From positions 3,968,001 to 4,032,000 of the forward strand of contig CM007989.1 of NCBI GenBank assembly GCA_002189035.1: DNA of 64,000 nucleotides, read 5' to 3'. The position numbers and the translations under genes were made by a program. This document shows, piece after piece, positions 63,864-64,000 of this stretch. Position 1 is the stretch's first letter. Each line of letters opens with the position of its first letter. This DNA is from Utricularia gibba. Lineage: Eukaryota > Plantae > Magnoliophyta. The notes under the pieces were generated by a model. It saw only the letters and a list, made by a program, of their open reading frames with translations, was not told where the DNA came from and did no database searches.

Positions 63864-64000
63864 TGGCTCCCCCTTCTTCTCAGAAGACCGGATGGTGGAA
63901 CGGGAAGACGTGAAAAGCAAGGATAAGAAGAAGGACCCAAGGGGATGGAAGATGCGTGAACCATGTGGTCATCTAATATATATATATATATATACAAAGA

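Noticed and set aside
1-64000. CRISPR arrays, rRNA or tRNA genes, prokaryotic operons
   Set aside because: The sequence is spliced plant nuclear DNA; no regular repeat-spacer array or rRNA/tRNA structure was seen.

Overview
Flowering-plant nuclear genomic DNA (species not determinable from sequence). Gene order: NCRK-type receptor-like kinase (+), RmlD/MAT2B-like NAD(P)-binding gene (+, frameshift in exon 1), a spliced minus-strand unit with no recognisable ORF, UBL5/Hub1 (-), REVOLUTA-clade HD-ZIP III (-, 18 exons, one premature TGA in exon 9), then about 22 kb of transposons (a long-TIR foldback element, a 5.7 kb Mutator element with a perfect 10-bp TSD carrying a PMD gene and a MuDRA-type transposase, nested decayed Ty1/copia elements). 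After these come an S40/DUF584 senescence regulator (-), an F-box/kelch gene (-), a frameshifted two-exon relic of a GRIK/SnAK kinase (-), PDX2 (+), an IDD zinc finger (-), CDC6 (-, tandem E2F sites), a TET3-like tetraspanin (-), an H/ACA snoRNA with a predicted 18S target (+) and a Dof gene (-). All exon boundaries were read by eye from GT..AG sites and remembered homologue sequences. Notable signals: a UBL5 stop codon that exists only after splicing; a miR165/166-site-intact REV copy with a premature stop in a frame-symmetric exon; the unannotated snoRNA; and lesions in several genes suggesting a duplicated block undergoing fractionation. Single-base lesions could also be assembly errors. 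No clearly new biological system could be established.
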